From Phoronis australis (taxonomy: Eukaryota; Animalia; Phoronida): a DNA stretch of 64,000 nt. Location of the stretch: NCBI GenBank assembly GCA_002633005.1, contig NMRA01000588.1, forward strand, positions 62,001 through 126,000, read 5' to 3'. The notes beneath the pieces were generated by a model, which had not been told where the DNA came from, searched no databases, and worked only from the letters and a program-made list of their open reading frames with translations. Made by a program: the position numbers and the translations under genes. Of the stretch, positions 52,501 through 64,000 are shown piece by piece; positions within the stretch are counted from its first letter, which is position 1, and every line of letters begins with the position of its first letter.

Positions 52501-53613
52501 TGCTTACAGTAGGAGTTCCATGCTATCAATCAACGTCTTACAAATTTGGTGTTTACCCCCCGATGTTAAACACCAGCACATCACAGGTGGTGACACTGCT
52601 TGGCAAAATAGGGAAATTCACTTTGAGACCAAGCCCTCGAGCAGATCAAAAATTTATTGACAAAGAGTGGTATTGTTGGAAAGGGGAATGACTGAGCCTT
52701 CCAGTGGAATGCAACATGATTTAAATGTGAACACAAATTTCCAAACTTTTGTTGAGGTGTTTATATCGGTGGTAATTTTACATCTGCGCAATATAGAGCC
52801 AGAATTACGGCTTGTCCAGCTCAGTAAACCAGTGCTCTGTTACAGGTAGCCTTGCTATCTGTGTTCGTTGTGTGAAGAAAACTTGGCATATATCTTCAAG
52901 AAAACAAAAAGACGTCTGGCATTATTTACGACCTTGTTTAACACGTCTTGGTTAGCATCCAGGTTACAAACATCACGCGTTTTACCACTTAGACATAGTA
53001 GTGCGAAGTGTGGCGAAATTAACACATGGCAAAATGGCAAAGGCATCTTTGTCAGGAAATTGCAGTCTGAAACTCGTAATACCAGCGAACTGCGGATACG
53101 CGACTTACTCTTGAAACCAACTGACATTTACACCACAATATTAATATTTATAAGCCGTTAAGGGCCTCAGCAACTGATTTTTCCACGCTAATATTTGTTG
53201 AGTTCCGTACCAATGGAGCCTGTGTTGAGAATTGGTGGAATTTTGCCTTAAACAATTTTGATTAGAATGCGAGGTCACTACTGAAGTTCAGTAGCGAACC
53301 GCTGACACGTGTACTACATTTCTTGGTATTTTAAAGCGTTTCACAAATTTAGTATGAAGTTTAGACAAGACTCGTTTCACATCAAACAAGCTTACTTAAG
53401 CCTGGATTTTTAAAAATAAAATCACATGTTATGAACACGTTGAAATGCTAAAAATCCTTACATTCAGGTATTTAAATACCGCTGGATTTTCCCGTAGCAA
53501 AAGTGTAAAAGTGGTCGTGAATATCTCTGTGATGTCCACTCACCTTTATTTCCGGACACCCGAGAGATGATAGAGAGCAGGCAGGCCAGCACGAAGAAAA
53601 TGGCGGGCCGCAT
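43568..53613 (-). CDS. Multicopper oxidase (laccase/MCO1-like), secreted, with C-terminal hydrophobic anchor and Met/His-rich insert, ~795 aa
   Basis: Exons: 53544-53613 (signal peptide MRPAIFFVLACLLSIISRVSG), 50874-51088 (Cys-rich N-terminal region typical of invertebrate laccases), 49035-49201 (HWHG...DGVPMVTQCPI), 48459-48709 (GTHFYHGH), 47689-48107, 46325-46939, 44699-44902 (HSMHLHG), 44367-44505, 43568-43875 (WIFHCHIQFHSDSGM; hydrophobic tail). Sum is 2388 nt, an open frame. All ten Cu-ligand His, the Cys and the axial Met are present. Confidence 0.93.
49222..49853. repeat. Fold-back element: 227-bp near-perfect inverted arms plus 12-bp terminal direct repeat
   Basis: Arms at 49306-49532 and 49619-49845. 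TTCACTGAGTAA at 49222 and 49842. N at 49618. Confidence 0.85.
50541..50745. mobile_element. Possible HINE/DINE-1-like (Helentron-associated) fragment
   Basis: A (GGAC/AGAC)n tetranucleotide tract is followed by ATAATGTACCC, an organisation typical of these elements. The assignment is inferential. Confidence 0.35.
51361..51432. repeat. 24-bp tandem repeat x3, each unit with a GTCACGTG E-box
   Basis: Repeated unit GCGTCACGTG(G/A)CAACATGAACAAT in an MCO intron. Confidence 0.85.
52188..52420 (-). pseudogene. Tc1-like transposase C-terminal fragment
   Basis: WPACSPDLDAIEHL, then after a frameshift GRSVR...LRRLLTQEW...MRRKCVAVV.A...TRY*, the classic Tc1 C-terminus. Confidence 0.85.
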
Positions 53614-55512
53614 TTTGCGCCGGGTGGTGGATAACTGAAACTAAACAGAGACACTGGTTGAATTGACTTTATTGATTACTAATGGTATTAAAACATGTTA
53701 CTGAAACACAGCTAACAGTGCTGCAGGGCCAGTTAGTGTATTTCTCAAGATCATTGTTAGCAGCAACAAAAATCCTGCTCTTCCGCAATTACGTAAAATC
53801 AAAACAAAACGTATGCTTTGGCTACCCACTGCTTCATGGTATGCGAGAGTTTTTCAGTCCGGCGTACGCCGAGCGGTAATATGAATAACCAACTCAGTAA
53901 ACACATGTAGGGGCCAACCCTGAGTTTTCACACAGTTGCCAACAGTTCGTTATAATATGGCGAGAGGTTTGATTATCTATTACTTTTTTCATCAAACACG
54001 TTTCTTAATAATAAAATAAGAGTCGTGATTCTACTTGATGTTATCAATTTCCACAGATTTTCATCGAAATCGGCGGTGAAACTGGTCAAAGCTTTCTCTT
54101 GCTCTTCACTATGAAAATTACAGTTCGCACATGCGCATGTGATCTGCACGCACCAAGATGGTGCAGTACCAAAGAAAATCTTTGGCAGTACTGAATGGGA
54201 ATATTGAGTGGCCAACGACCATTCGCCAGGCAATGCCTTGACGACATGTTTTGTCAATTGACGAGATTATGAAAACCAAATGTTCTGAATTTGTGTGAGA
54301 AAGATTAACATTATCAGTTTTCGTCTCGAACTCTTAAGTTCAATTATACATGTGTAAAATACTTCAAAACATTCATTGGCATGTGTTGAAGATAACTTCT
54401 GTCGGGTGCAAATTATTTTAAAATCTAGAACAATTAGCTTTAAAAAATCTGTTTCTAGAATGATTAAAACGGACGCAAAGTCACCACCACAAGGCGAGCA
54501 TCAGAGCAAATTACGCAACTCATTGACGTCAGCGAACAACTGACACACGTACGTGAATTACTTGCTGAGAATTAAACTGGACAAATAATAAAATTGGAGT
54601 TGAGTTGTTATCAATATTCATGCGTCGACTTGTCAAACACTGTAGCCCTTAATCACTTGAGTTCACACGATCCAAAGCGGCATTTCTTACCAAGGAACTT
54701 CGCCTGTGTCGTTTAAGATTCTCAGCCGATACAACTCATGCGATGTGAACTGGTTTTCACGAATAAAACATATTGCACAACAGTGGAAGTTTCTTGCCCT
54801 AGAAAACCCTTATGAAGCCAACATCAATTCGCAAATAACAACTTTCTACAGACACTAATAGTTTTTAATTCAATTTCACTTCATTTTTTGTCATTCCGAC
54901 TTCAAAAAAAAGTGATCTACACAACCACACAGAAAGAAGGAAATACGCTGCCTGAAATTCAAATGCGAAAACGCGTCAACTTACAATTAAGTATACAATT
55001 CTCACAAAACACAATGATTTTCTAAAAAATATGAGTTTGTTTAAACACGATTGACACATCGTTCACGGAACATAGGCCTAACTCTAGTTCCGTACTATGT
55101 CAAATTTTGTAATGATTCCTTTAAAGCAGAGAATATGAGTGTTCTTTCTCAAGTTTTCACGTCATGCAGAAGAACTCAACTGGTCATCGGAGGAGAGGGG
55201 TCCGTGAAAGTATAAATAATCACACTCCGGGATTTAGGCGTAAATTGACGTTTTCATAACTTCGATTTGCATGGCTAGCATATAATCTTGTTTCAATCTA
55301 TTTCATGTTACTTTCAATGTGCACCTCTTGATCGTCACAATTGTCGCGTGACACGAATCTAATCGTAGAAACATACTGTGTCCACGGATCATACTGGAGG
55401 ATTCATTTTGACGGAATGTTGACATTATGGGACCATTGTACTAACAAGCAACTCTCTTTAATTTGTCCTCAGAAAAATGGCTCACTGTAATAAACTATAG
55501 AAGAGGTCTTAC

Positions 55513-55590
55513 CGATCAGAATCTCCTTATTAAGACAAATCCAGGCCAACACCTCATATCCTTGTCACCACAATAAACACGTTAAAACTG
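55513..55590 (-). other. Probable 5' non-coding exon of the multicopper oxidase gene
   Basis: The ATG exon has its own acceptor (tttcag at ~53635), so an upstream UTR exon is required. A good donor (CG|gtaaga) lies at 55513/55512. The 5' boundary is a guess. Confidence 0.35.
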
Positions 55591-55993
55591 TACTAGTAAT
55601 TCCAATGAAAGCAGGCTCACACAATCTAAAATCCGTCCGTAACCAATTCGCTGCTCTGGATAGACGCTCTGTGAGATTTCGCTTTTCATTGATGAACACA
55701 CGAAGCGCCCGGTGGCGGGCTTTTGGCTAAACGAGAACCACATGTGGTAATGGTCCTTCCGACTGAGTAGTGGGTAGGCGCTACGGGAGACGAGTATGAG
55801 TCTCTGCTTCGAGACTAAAATGAAAGGATAAACCCCGATTTGTCAAAGATTAAACCGCGGCAATGGCTCCACAGAGTTTTCTCTAAAAAGACGTGATGAC
55901 GCGGACATGCCGGCGATAGGTGTTCTGCCAATGTTATCCGGTATCGGCAGTGCGTGTGTGTGTGTGTGTGAAGAACGAATTTCCAGACCAGAC

Positions 55994-56125
55994 CAGTGGC
56001 GGATTTAGAGGGGGGGCAAGGGGGACCACCCACCCCCTTAAAATTCTCCCAAATTCTATTTGGCAGTCCGGGTGGCTAATACTCTGCCCTGGCCCCCCTA
56101 ACTCAAAATCCTGGATCCACCCTTG
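55994..56125. mobile_element. GC-rich MITE, 5-bp TSD (CAGAC)
   Basis: Homologue of 39381-39539, with TSD CAGAC on both sides. Confidence 0.8.
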
Positions 56126-57249
56126 CAGACAATGTAATTCATGGACATCCGATAAAAGAGAGGTGGGTTCGAGAGCACTAGACTCCAACAGATGGCGTCA
56201 GAGACCTTCGTAGAAACCGAGGCTGCAAGATAATTTTGGAATGATTGCGAAATGCGACAGCCGGGGAGGAAGTGGTGTAGGTAGAGTTTGACTAATGGCT
56301 GTGACCCTTGCGTGAACATTAAACGTACGCATTAATTAGGATGAACAGTGCACGATAGCACGATACTGGGACTCGCTTCATACAATGAAACAATAAAGCA
56401 CTCCCTCAAATAAGCGCCCGTGGACTTGTGCTCAGAAAATTTATATGCCATGATATTTTTCGATTTATAGTTTGTTTCTAAAAGGTGAAATGTCAGCGAA
56501 TATTATTTCACCACTTAATTCACTTGTGTCTAAAAACAAACACAACTAAGGAACGGATTGGCACACAGACATAAACTGTGTGATTGGCACACTAAGTCCT
56601 CCAAATTTTCCAATTCAGTGTCGTTTTGGTATCACACCTTCCAGTTATCGACACTTTTTCCTAATACAAGCCCGGGGTTCTATACGGGGTACTAAAAAAT
56701 GTGTCATTTTTCGACTACAGATCCCGGGGGCTTACTACACTGCAGTGGTGACAATAGCAGTAGCGGGCATCCGGCTGCACTGACTGATACGCTCGCATAT
56801 TTTATAAACAAACATGCGCACGTGTGACACAGGACACAGGCTTAGATGGGTACGTCATTAACCTAGACGTACTAACCTAGGCATTACTGAGAACGCAGGG
56901 AAAGTTGATGACGCATCACAACGAGCATCAATGTTATGCAACGTGCACGCGTTTTTTTGGAACGTGGAATTTTGGGATGCGATAGGACGAAGAATTTAGC
57001 ATTATCGGAATCAAATACAGCTGCACAGACTAGATATTGAATTGAGTTCGATTTTGGGAAAGTGTCTATGTTCAGTAGCCACCACGCGCGTTCAATGCCG
57101 ATGAATAACGCTAGGCCTCCAATAATTGTCTTCACAATCCTATCATCAAACACCATTCGGGTGAAGTTAACCGGATACGGCCCGAAGATTACTTGAAGTA
57201 AAGTCAAAATTATTACTAAATTAGTTATCATTGTAGTTAGTAGTACCAG

Positions 57250-57900
57250 TAGCTGCAATCTATATCCCATCTTTAGCTCTAATCCGCCCTGGCTACGGGC
57301 CTTAACGGCGTAATCCCGAAAGGCTGGTGGATGCAAAATGGTGCACCACTAAACACACAGTATACTCGCTGTGTCGGAAACCCGAACAATATCACAGAGT
57401 AGTTAGTCTAGGAAAAAATCAAGAATAACATCCTTGATCGCCACACCTGTCGTTTTTCGACTTCTTTCTGCGAAGTCAGCTGCAGGTAACTAATAAGCTG
57501 TCGCAGTCTCTTCCAGCCGACGTGAAACACTTTACTCGGCAAGTTAACACAGGTTTTTAAAATGTTTTGCGAAGAACACGACCGTCGTGCGCGAAGGAGC
57601 ATGACGAATCAAATACGATTTAAAGCGACTGTGTAGGCCTAGCAGATGGGTGAGACGTTTCGAGGGAGATTAGGGATTTAACACAAAACGATTTATCTGT
57701 TTTGAAGTAGTCATAATAAAACCAATTTTTGTCTCCACTCATGACTATTTCTTCCCAAATGAAGCGACATTCCTTGCACGCTTTAACTAGGAGAAATGAA
57801 CGAAACAACTCATGGGTCACCATCTTCTACAATTTATGAAAACTGTGTTTTTCAAGGCAAAGTTTTTTATACTCACAAAGTGGCGTACCCTGTAATGGGT
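57250..57900 (-). pseudogene. Highly decayed mariner-like transposase
   Basis: Remnant motifs occur in the correct order: (W)VTHEL ~ WVPHEL; IVMSGDKNWFYYD ~ IVTGDEKW.YYD; W.ILHPPAFRDYA ~ WEVLPHPPYSPDLA. Confidence 0.6.
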
Positions 57901-60032
57901 CTGGGTGTCTAAATAATTGTCTGAGAATAAAATTGTTATATTATTGGATACACACACAGCCGTCGAATGGGACAAACTCGTTATACCCTACCGTATTCCG
58001 TGCCTTTTCTACTGCAACTGGTAGGAGTGAGATCCGGAGATACACTTGTGACTTATCCAACAGCTTAACCAAGATTATTGTTTTATGACTGCAGTCGGTT
58101 TAGGTTTCCTCTCAACAAGGCAGCAGTGGAGATATTCTACTATAAATATACCGGTCGTTTAACTCCCCCACTTCGGCGTTATGTTCAAAGACTTCAACTC
58201 CTGCCTGTGCATGGCAGGAGTTTTGGATTAATTGCGTTACACGGGTTTTATTAAATAGCCCGTACATTTGATTACTAACTGGGCAATTATTGTTCTTGGG
58301 GTTAATCTATGTTTGTGCTCATAGAGTACCGTCATCTGCCGTCTGAGTTCAAACCTTAGTATTGACATATATATTTAATTTTGTTACAACGGACGTGCCT
58401 TAGATCACGTGCGCATTGTCAGGGTACGTCACTTGCCCCAATAAAACAGATATGTGATCTTAAAGGAGAATACCACCGATTTAATTAGTTTTTTACCGTC
58501 TCAATCGGTCTTTATTCACATCACTTCCTATTCAGTCAATTTCATCTCCGCCGAAAGGTGTCAAAAAACGTTAACCTGTGAGGAAGGTAAGTACACGATG
58601 CACGCGACGTCAGTGGTTCTTCAGCAGAGTGTGTGCCGCTATGGTGTTGTGGTCTCACTTGTGCGAACCATGAAGCTGCGAGGAAAGTGGGTATATCTTT
58701 TTTCCGAGTTCCCGAGAACTCGAAATGCTTCGGAAGTTGTTCCCGGCAGTGAAGAACGAAAAGTACGCCGTTAAAGTCCTAGTAGCACACGTTTCTAACC
58801 CTTATTAAATGGCTAGAAGAAATTATAAGGATCCACGTAGTACCTATCCTATCACAATACACAATCCGTAGTCGAAGAAAGTTCTAATAAATGCGCCACT
58901 CACGATTCCGACCCGAAGAACACACCGCCTTTTTGAACTGACCGCGAAACCGGAAGTACAATTCATTCAGGAACCCAGACTTGAGAACGCCGGCTGTGCG
59001 ACTGGAGCCATGTTTGTAACCAGCCTGCAAACGGGGATAAAATAATTGACAGCGGACCCTAACTTTAATAAAACCAAAATACGGACAATTTGTACTGAAA
59101 TTGTTAACAAAATGTGACAAAATAAACTTCGACAGAAATTATTTTGCCGGACTCAGAACTGCAGCCGATGACCCGGTGCGGACCGATCGACATCACTGTA
59201 CCGGCGAAAGACGAAGGCACTTTTATAAAATTACGGACTATACTCACAATCCTGTGCCAACGATGATAATAAGGTCGACTATGACGGGCTAGGCTAAGCG
59301 TGTTTTACTGGGTGTAATTATAACTCTGGTAAACAAACAGTGTAAACAGAAGAACGACCATGCAATATCAAAATATTTGAATAAAATTGCTATACAGTTA
59401 AAAAATCTTGACGATTTAACTTGCGAAAATATTGAAAATAAATTTAGGCGGAAACTAAGATACCGCCGGGTGGTCTCCGGCGACTTCCGTTACGGTAGGG
59501 CGGCTGGCTGTCAACAAATAATACTGAACGACAGAACACCGTTTGGTAGCAAATAACGTCAGGAAGAAAACTAGCCATGGTGCCAAATGGTATAATATAA
59601 GTATTAATGAGTTTAAAGTAAAAGGAACAATTCACACTTAGCCAGAAACATTCGTATAAGCTGCTACCCGGCGGAGCCGAACCGCCTGACCTGTCGTGCG
59701 TGGACATCTGCGTTCTGTGGAGCAAGATGAACACATTAATTAGCTACCCGGGGGTCGAATGAGGGGAATTCCTGTGACAAAGAGATTAAAAAACATTACG
59801 TCATGCTACTAACACTGCAATATTTTCCCATCGCTGACATTTAGCTTGTTGACTAAAATTCCCTACACTTCCACCGTTTGCGGCGCGGAATTTTTATACA
59901 TGAACTTAGACAGCAGAGGTATCTATTGTACGCTTTTGTAAGGTTTTAAAGTATATGAGTGAGGGCTGACCTCAGTAGCCGAGCGTTGGCTGGAGATGCG
60001 ACGTACTTCACAAAGTTATGATTATGCATTAA

Positions 60033-61941
60033 AGGAGAATGCCACCAGATTTTAGTCTTTTTACCGTGTTAATCGGTCTATATCCACATCACCTCGTATA
60101 CGGTAGATCTTATCTCGCCGAGGTGTCGGGTTAACCTGTTAGGAAGGTGATAAACGACGCAGCGACGTCAGTGGTTCTTCTGCAGAGTGAGTGCCGCTAT
60201 GGTGGAGTGTATCATGTACCTTTATGCGAACTATGAATCTGCGCGGAAAGCAGGTATATCGTTTTTTGTCGAATTCCTCGAGAGCCCATAATGCTTCGGA
60301 AATGGTTCGTGGTAGTGAAGAATGAAAAGTACCCAGTTAATACCAAGTATGAGGCCGTGAAAACTTCTCCGTCGTGTCTGTCAGTGACCTGCATTGCGTC
60401 GGATCGCTGAGTAGTTTATCAGTTTTGGTAGTTGGTCACGAAAACAAACACAATTAATTCGAGGGAGAACGTAACGTTTTATATAACCTGTTTGATGACT
60501 GACTCGTTCGTGAGGCTTCTGTTTGGTCCTCTGGGTGTAGGATGTTTTCCCCTTTTTCTCATCCTTAAAAAAGATGTCGTAAGCATACCTCTGTTTAGAT
60601 GCGGTGCAAAATCAGGATGGTCCGTGAGACACATCTGCGCTTCTCCAACAAGGCGTTTCACTTGCGGAATTTCGTAGCAGCAAACGCAAGCGTCAGTCGT
60701 TTCCATTATCGTGCAGTTAGCTTACTGTCACCATGACAACTTCAAACGGTTTTCGGAACTATTCATATGCTCCGTTGGCTGTGCACGTTCACGGAGCCCC
60801 TCTATTATTTCTTGATCAGTGTATCCCGGTTCGAACTGATAGTCTGTGAAACCTAACGATCGACATGTGAAGTCTTTGTCGCATGACCACTCGTCTAAGT
60901 TGGGATTGCGAGTTGCCACGTTGACGTTTATTATTGTGCGTTCTGTTTCAAAATGAATTATTCACACCCTAACCAATGCTTAATATAAAACTGAAACAAA
61001 GTCTGTCTCATTAGATACATTTTATAATGCCTTGGAGTGTTCGTGACTGCAAATGTTTTGAGAAGCCAGCAATGAATAAATCACTGCATTACCAGCTTTA
61101 GATGCAATAAATAGTTGACCGGTCACCGAGACCCTGTGAGCACATGTTAATTCAGCTGAGTGTTTGCTGACAGAAAGCTGTTGTGAAACAATAAGTCGAA
61201 TTTATATCCTATGGCCAGATGTTAGGGGAATCTTTATTTAAATATTCATATACATGATATCGAATCATTGTTACTACCCTGACGGTTCTTTGGAAGGGTA
61301 ACCTAACTTCGCGGCCCCCCTCGAGCTAGTAAGTAGATTTGAAGTTTCGCGGCTAATTCACCAAAATAACCACGTGCACATTTTTTCTTTGGCTCACTAG
61401 TGTGGTTTTTCGTGACTGGAAAATTAGTTTCCAACGCTGGCTGATTTATGTCCGTGATGTCTTCAGTCCGGCCGCGATGGGCCTGATCGGGTTCCGAGCC
61501 ACTGGCCGGGATAGCAAGCGTTTTGTGTGTTTAGAACTGAAAAAGTCGCAAGTCTAAAATTACAACACACAGCTATGTTCTCCTGTCTGGATTTCACGGA
61601 AGAATAATTTGAATTTATCACCGAACTGACCCCAAGTACTCCTGCGACCGACCTTGGTAAAGTAGCCCATCGAACTTTGTAGGCTACGGTACGTTAAAAT
61701 ACCTAAAAATCCGTAACGGCGAAATAAAATTACGCGTTTGTTCAATAACTCGATATATCTGTAAGGGTTTTACATTGAATTTTGATGATTTATTGGTGTA
61801 AAACGATGAATTCTAGCGATAAGCTGACACCATTAAGCGTGTTGTCAACACCTCCGTCTGCCGTCAGGTGTCAGGTAAGTGAGCTGCACTTGCTGATCTA
61901 AATTGCTACAAACTAGGTTGTTTTTTGGGTGGCATTCTCAT
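60033..61941 (+). mobile_element. Inner Kolobok-type element with convergent THAP (+) and KolX (-) pseudogenes
   Basis: Ends TTAA|AGGAGAATGCCACC...GGGTGGCATTCTCAT|TTAA. THAP remnant at ~60198-60395. Minus strand 60479-60919 reads YQFEP...W*Q*ANC..M.T...CVCC.EI...CLTDHPDF..LN, matching the Cys-rich KolX / P2X7-ballast-like protein. Confidence 0.85.
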
Positions 61942-62295
61942 TTAAATATCATCCGTCATATGCAAAAAACAGGTTGGACAATAGATAATTAAGTTTGTAT
62001 AAAAAGAATCAAAATGAGAATCAAAAGCAACCTAGCAAATTAATGTAACAACGCCTTTTCGCTCATACTGTTTTCAAGGACAACATAACAGGCATTCAGT
62101 AATCGTTCCTGAAGTGATGCACAGGAACTCGGGTCACGGAAATAGACGGAAATAGTCGATGATTTTCCGATCTCGGACGAGGTACAGAATTGTATTAAAA
62201 AAGGCTTTTAGTTTGATGACAGAAAGGATGTGAATATTATGTCATGTTACATATTACTTTATTTGGTATATATTTTAAAGTTTTTGAAGTAGATT

Positions 62296-62614
62296 CATAG
62301 GCGGATTTAGGGGGCAGGGGGCCCGCCCCCCCCCTTGGCTGCCGCAAGCCGTAGTCGGACAGTAAGAGCGTAAAGCGTGACGAAATGTAACCAGGATCGG
62401 TAGCGGAGGGGGGGGGGCTTAGAGCCTGGACCACAGCGCTCCCGTTTTTCTTTTTTTTTTAGTCGAACAGGAGATTTTCTGAACAGGAGGTCAGAAAACC
62501 GGCCCCTAGAACTTTTGGGCGTCTGCTGCAAATACAATCACGCTTTGCCCAATTCCCCGAGACAACATCTTCGGATGTTGGGCCCCCCCTTATGATATCC
62601 TAGATCCGCCACTG
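62296..62614. mobile_element. GC-rich MITE, 5-bp TSD (AGATT)
   Basis: Ends CATAGGCGGATTTA...TAGATCCGCCACTG. Inverted homologue of 2546-2754. Confidence 0.8.
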
Positions 62615-64000
62615 AGATTGCCCTTTGAGATAAGGACTTTCATACCATATATGGAACCATGAAATACCTCTGTGTCTTTGGCCGGCATTGTTCTGTTTTA
62701 AAATGAATTATTTTTACCCTAACCCATGTTTATATCAACATGAAACAAGGTATCAAAGTATGTCTCAGTAGATACAATCTGCAATGCCGTAGGAGTGTTG
62801 GTGAGTGCAAGTGCTTTAAGAAATCAACAATTAATGATTCATACTGCGTTACCTGCTTCAGATGCAATAAAACTGATTGAACGCCGTGTGAGTGAACGCA
62901 TGCTAATTCAGTGTTTGCTGACAGAAAGCTGTTGTGAAACTGTAATTCGATTTTATATGCTATGGTCAGATGTTAGAGGAATTTTATTTAGATATTTATA
63001 CATTATTCAAATCATTGTTATTGTGCGGGGTTCGTTATTGTAGGCCTCAGGTAATCACCATTTCAATCTATTTTATGTTATTTATTCATCAAATTGTACA
63101 TATTAACTAATTTTATACTAATTTATTTTATTTATCATCTCTTCAATCTAATGATACATAGCTGTCTGTATTTACTTCATGTAATTATTTCCAACTGGGC
63201 CCACTTGAAAATCAGTGTATTCACTGAAGTGGTCACCCAGTCTTTTAAAGAAGTTTAAATTAATAAATAAATAAATATTGGACACCTTTTCCCTGTACGC
63301 TTCTGTGGAAGGGGATCTTGGCTTCGCAGCCTTTGACGAGTAAGCAGATTTGTAATTTCGTGGTGAATTCACCAAAATATTCACGTGCACAATATTTCTT
63401 TGGTTCACTAGTCTAGTCTTTTCGTGACTGGGAGTTTAGTTTTCAACCTTTGCAGCCGACTAATCCTGTTGGTTTATGTTCGTAATGTCTCCAGTCCGGC
63501 TGAGACTGGTTTGATCAGGTTCCGAGCCACTGGGTTATGACGAGTGTTTTGTGTTTATAACAGAAAAAAATTACAACACAGGGCTATGCTCTCCTGTTTC
63601 TACTTCATAGAAGAAGAATTCTAATTTATCAATGAACAGACTCCAAACGTCCCGTGACAGACCTCGGTAAGTTAGCCTATCGTACTTTGTACGCTACTGT
63701 ACGTTAAAAATGTCTATGAATTCGTAATAGCAAATAAAAACTCAATGTATTTGTAAGAGTTTTACATCGAATTTTGACGATTTATTGGTTCAAAATGACG
63801 AATTGAAGCGATAAGCTGAAACCTACAAGCATCTTGTGAACTGCTGAGCATACTGTGACAGAACCTGTGACGTCATTGGCTAATTTCAGCACCTCCGTCT
63901 GCCGTCCTGTGTCAGGTAAAAGGTCTGAACTTGCTGTTATCGAGTGGAACTACTCTACCTAAATTGATACAAAATAAGTTGTTTTGGTGACATTCTCCTT

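Larger units (their letters stand above)
58464..63999 (+). mobile_element. Outer Kolobok-type element (same family as 24477-25624) containing nested insertions
   Basis: TTAA|AGGAGAATACCACC at 58464 and GGTGACATTCTCCT|T at the window end. THAP remnant at ~58640-58775. Segment 62680-63999 is homologous to 60940-61941 and to the reverse complement of 24477-25030. Confidence 0.75.

Noticed and set aside
43568-53613. Bacterial contamination or recent HGT of a copA/cueO gene
   Set aside because: The gene has eight spliceosomal introns, an animal-type signal peptide (no twin-arginine motif) and the Cys-rich N-terminus of invertebrate laccases; only the insert resembles bacterial proteins.
54145-56950. 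MTF-1 metal-response elements (TGCRCNC) near the MCO 5' end
   Set aside because: About three scattered matches in ~3 kb is near chance expectation for a degenerate 7-mer, and they are not clustered.
56884-57336. 150-aa hydrophobic ORF as a membrane-protein gene
   Set aside because: It has a non-ATG start, overlaps the decayed mariner end, and shows no recognisable family or splice support.

Overview
Eukaryotic genomic DNA, most likely an invertebrate animal: AT-rich, with GT-AG introns and dense transposon debris. Three intron-containing genes can be spliced by hand into intact frames. (1) A 13-exon cytosolic ALDH1/2-family aldehyde dehydrogenase on the minus strand (20530->9543, ~492 aa). 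(2) An HSL/AADAC-family alpha/beta hydrolase on the plus strand (~33263->40237, ~335 aa; the 5' end is less certain). (3) A multicopper oxidase (laccase/MCO1-like) on the minus strand with 9 coding exons (53613->43568, ~795 aa), secreted and probably membrane-anchored. The oxidase carries a ~150-aa Met/His-rich insert with MDHGxMG repeats, placed where the Met-rich Cu(I)-binding insert sits in bacterial CueO/CopA; this is the most striking feature of the window. Intergenic and intronic DNA holds many DNA-transposon relics: Kolobok-type elements (TTAA TSD, THAP + KolX, one nested in another), an ISL2EU-type element (AT TSD, THAP + SAP/YqaJ), an IS3EU-type MITE built around a palindromic minisatellite, and a family of 5-bp-TSD GC-rich MITEs. 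There are also Tc1 and mariner fragments, a LINE RT fragment, long inverted repeats and several minisatellites. All coordinates were read by eye and no database searches were run.
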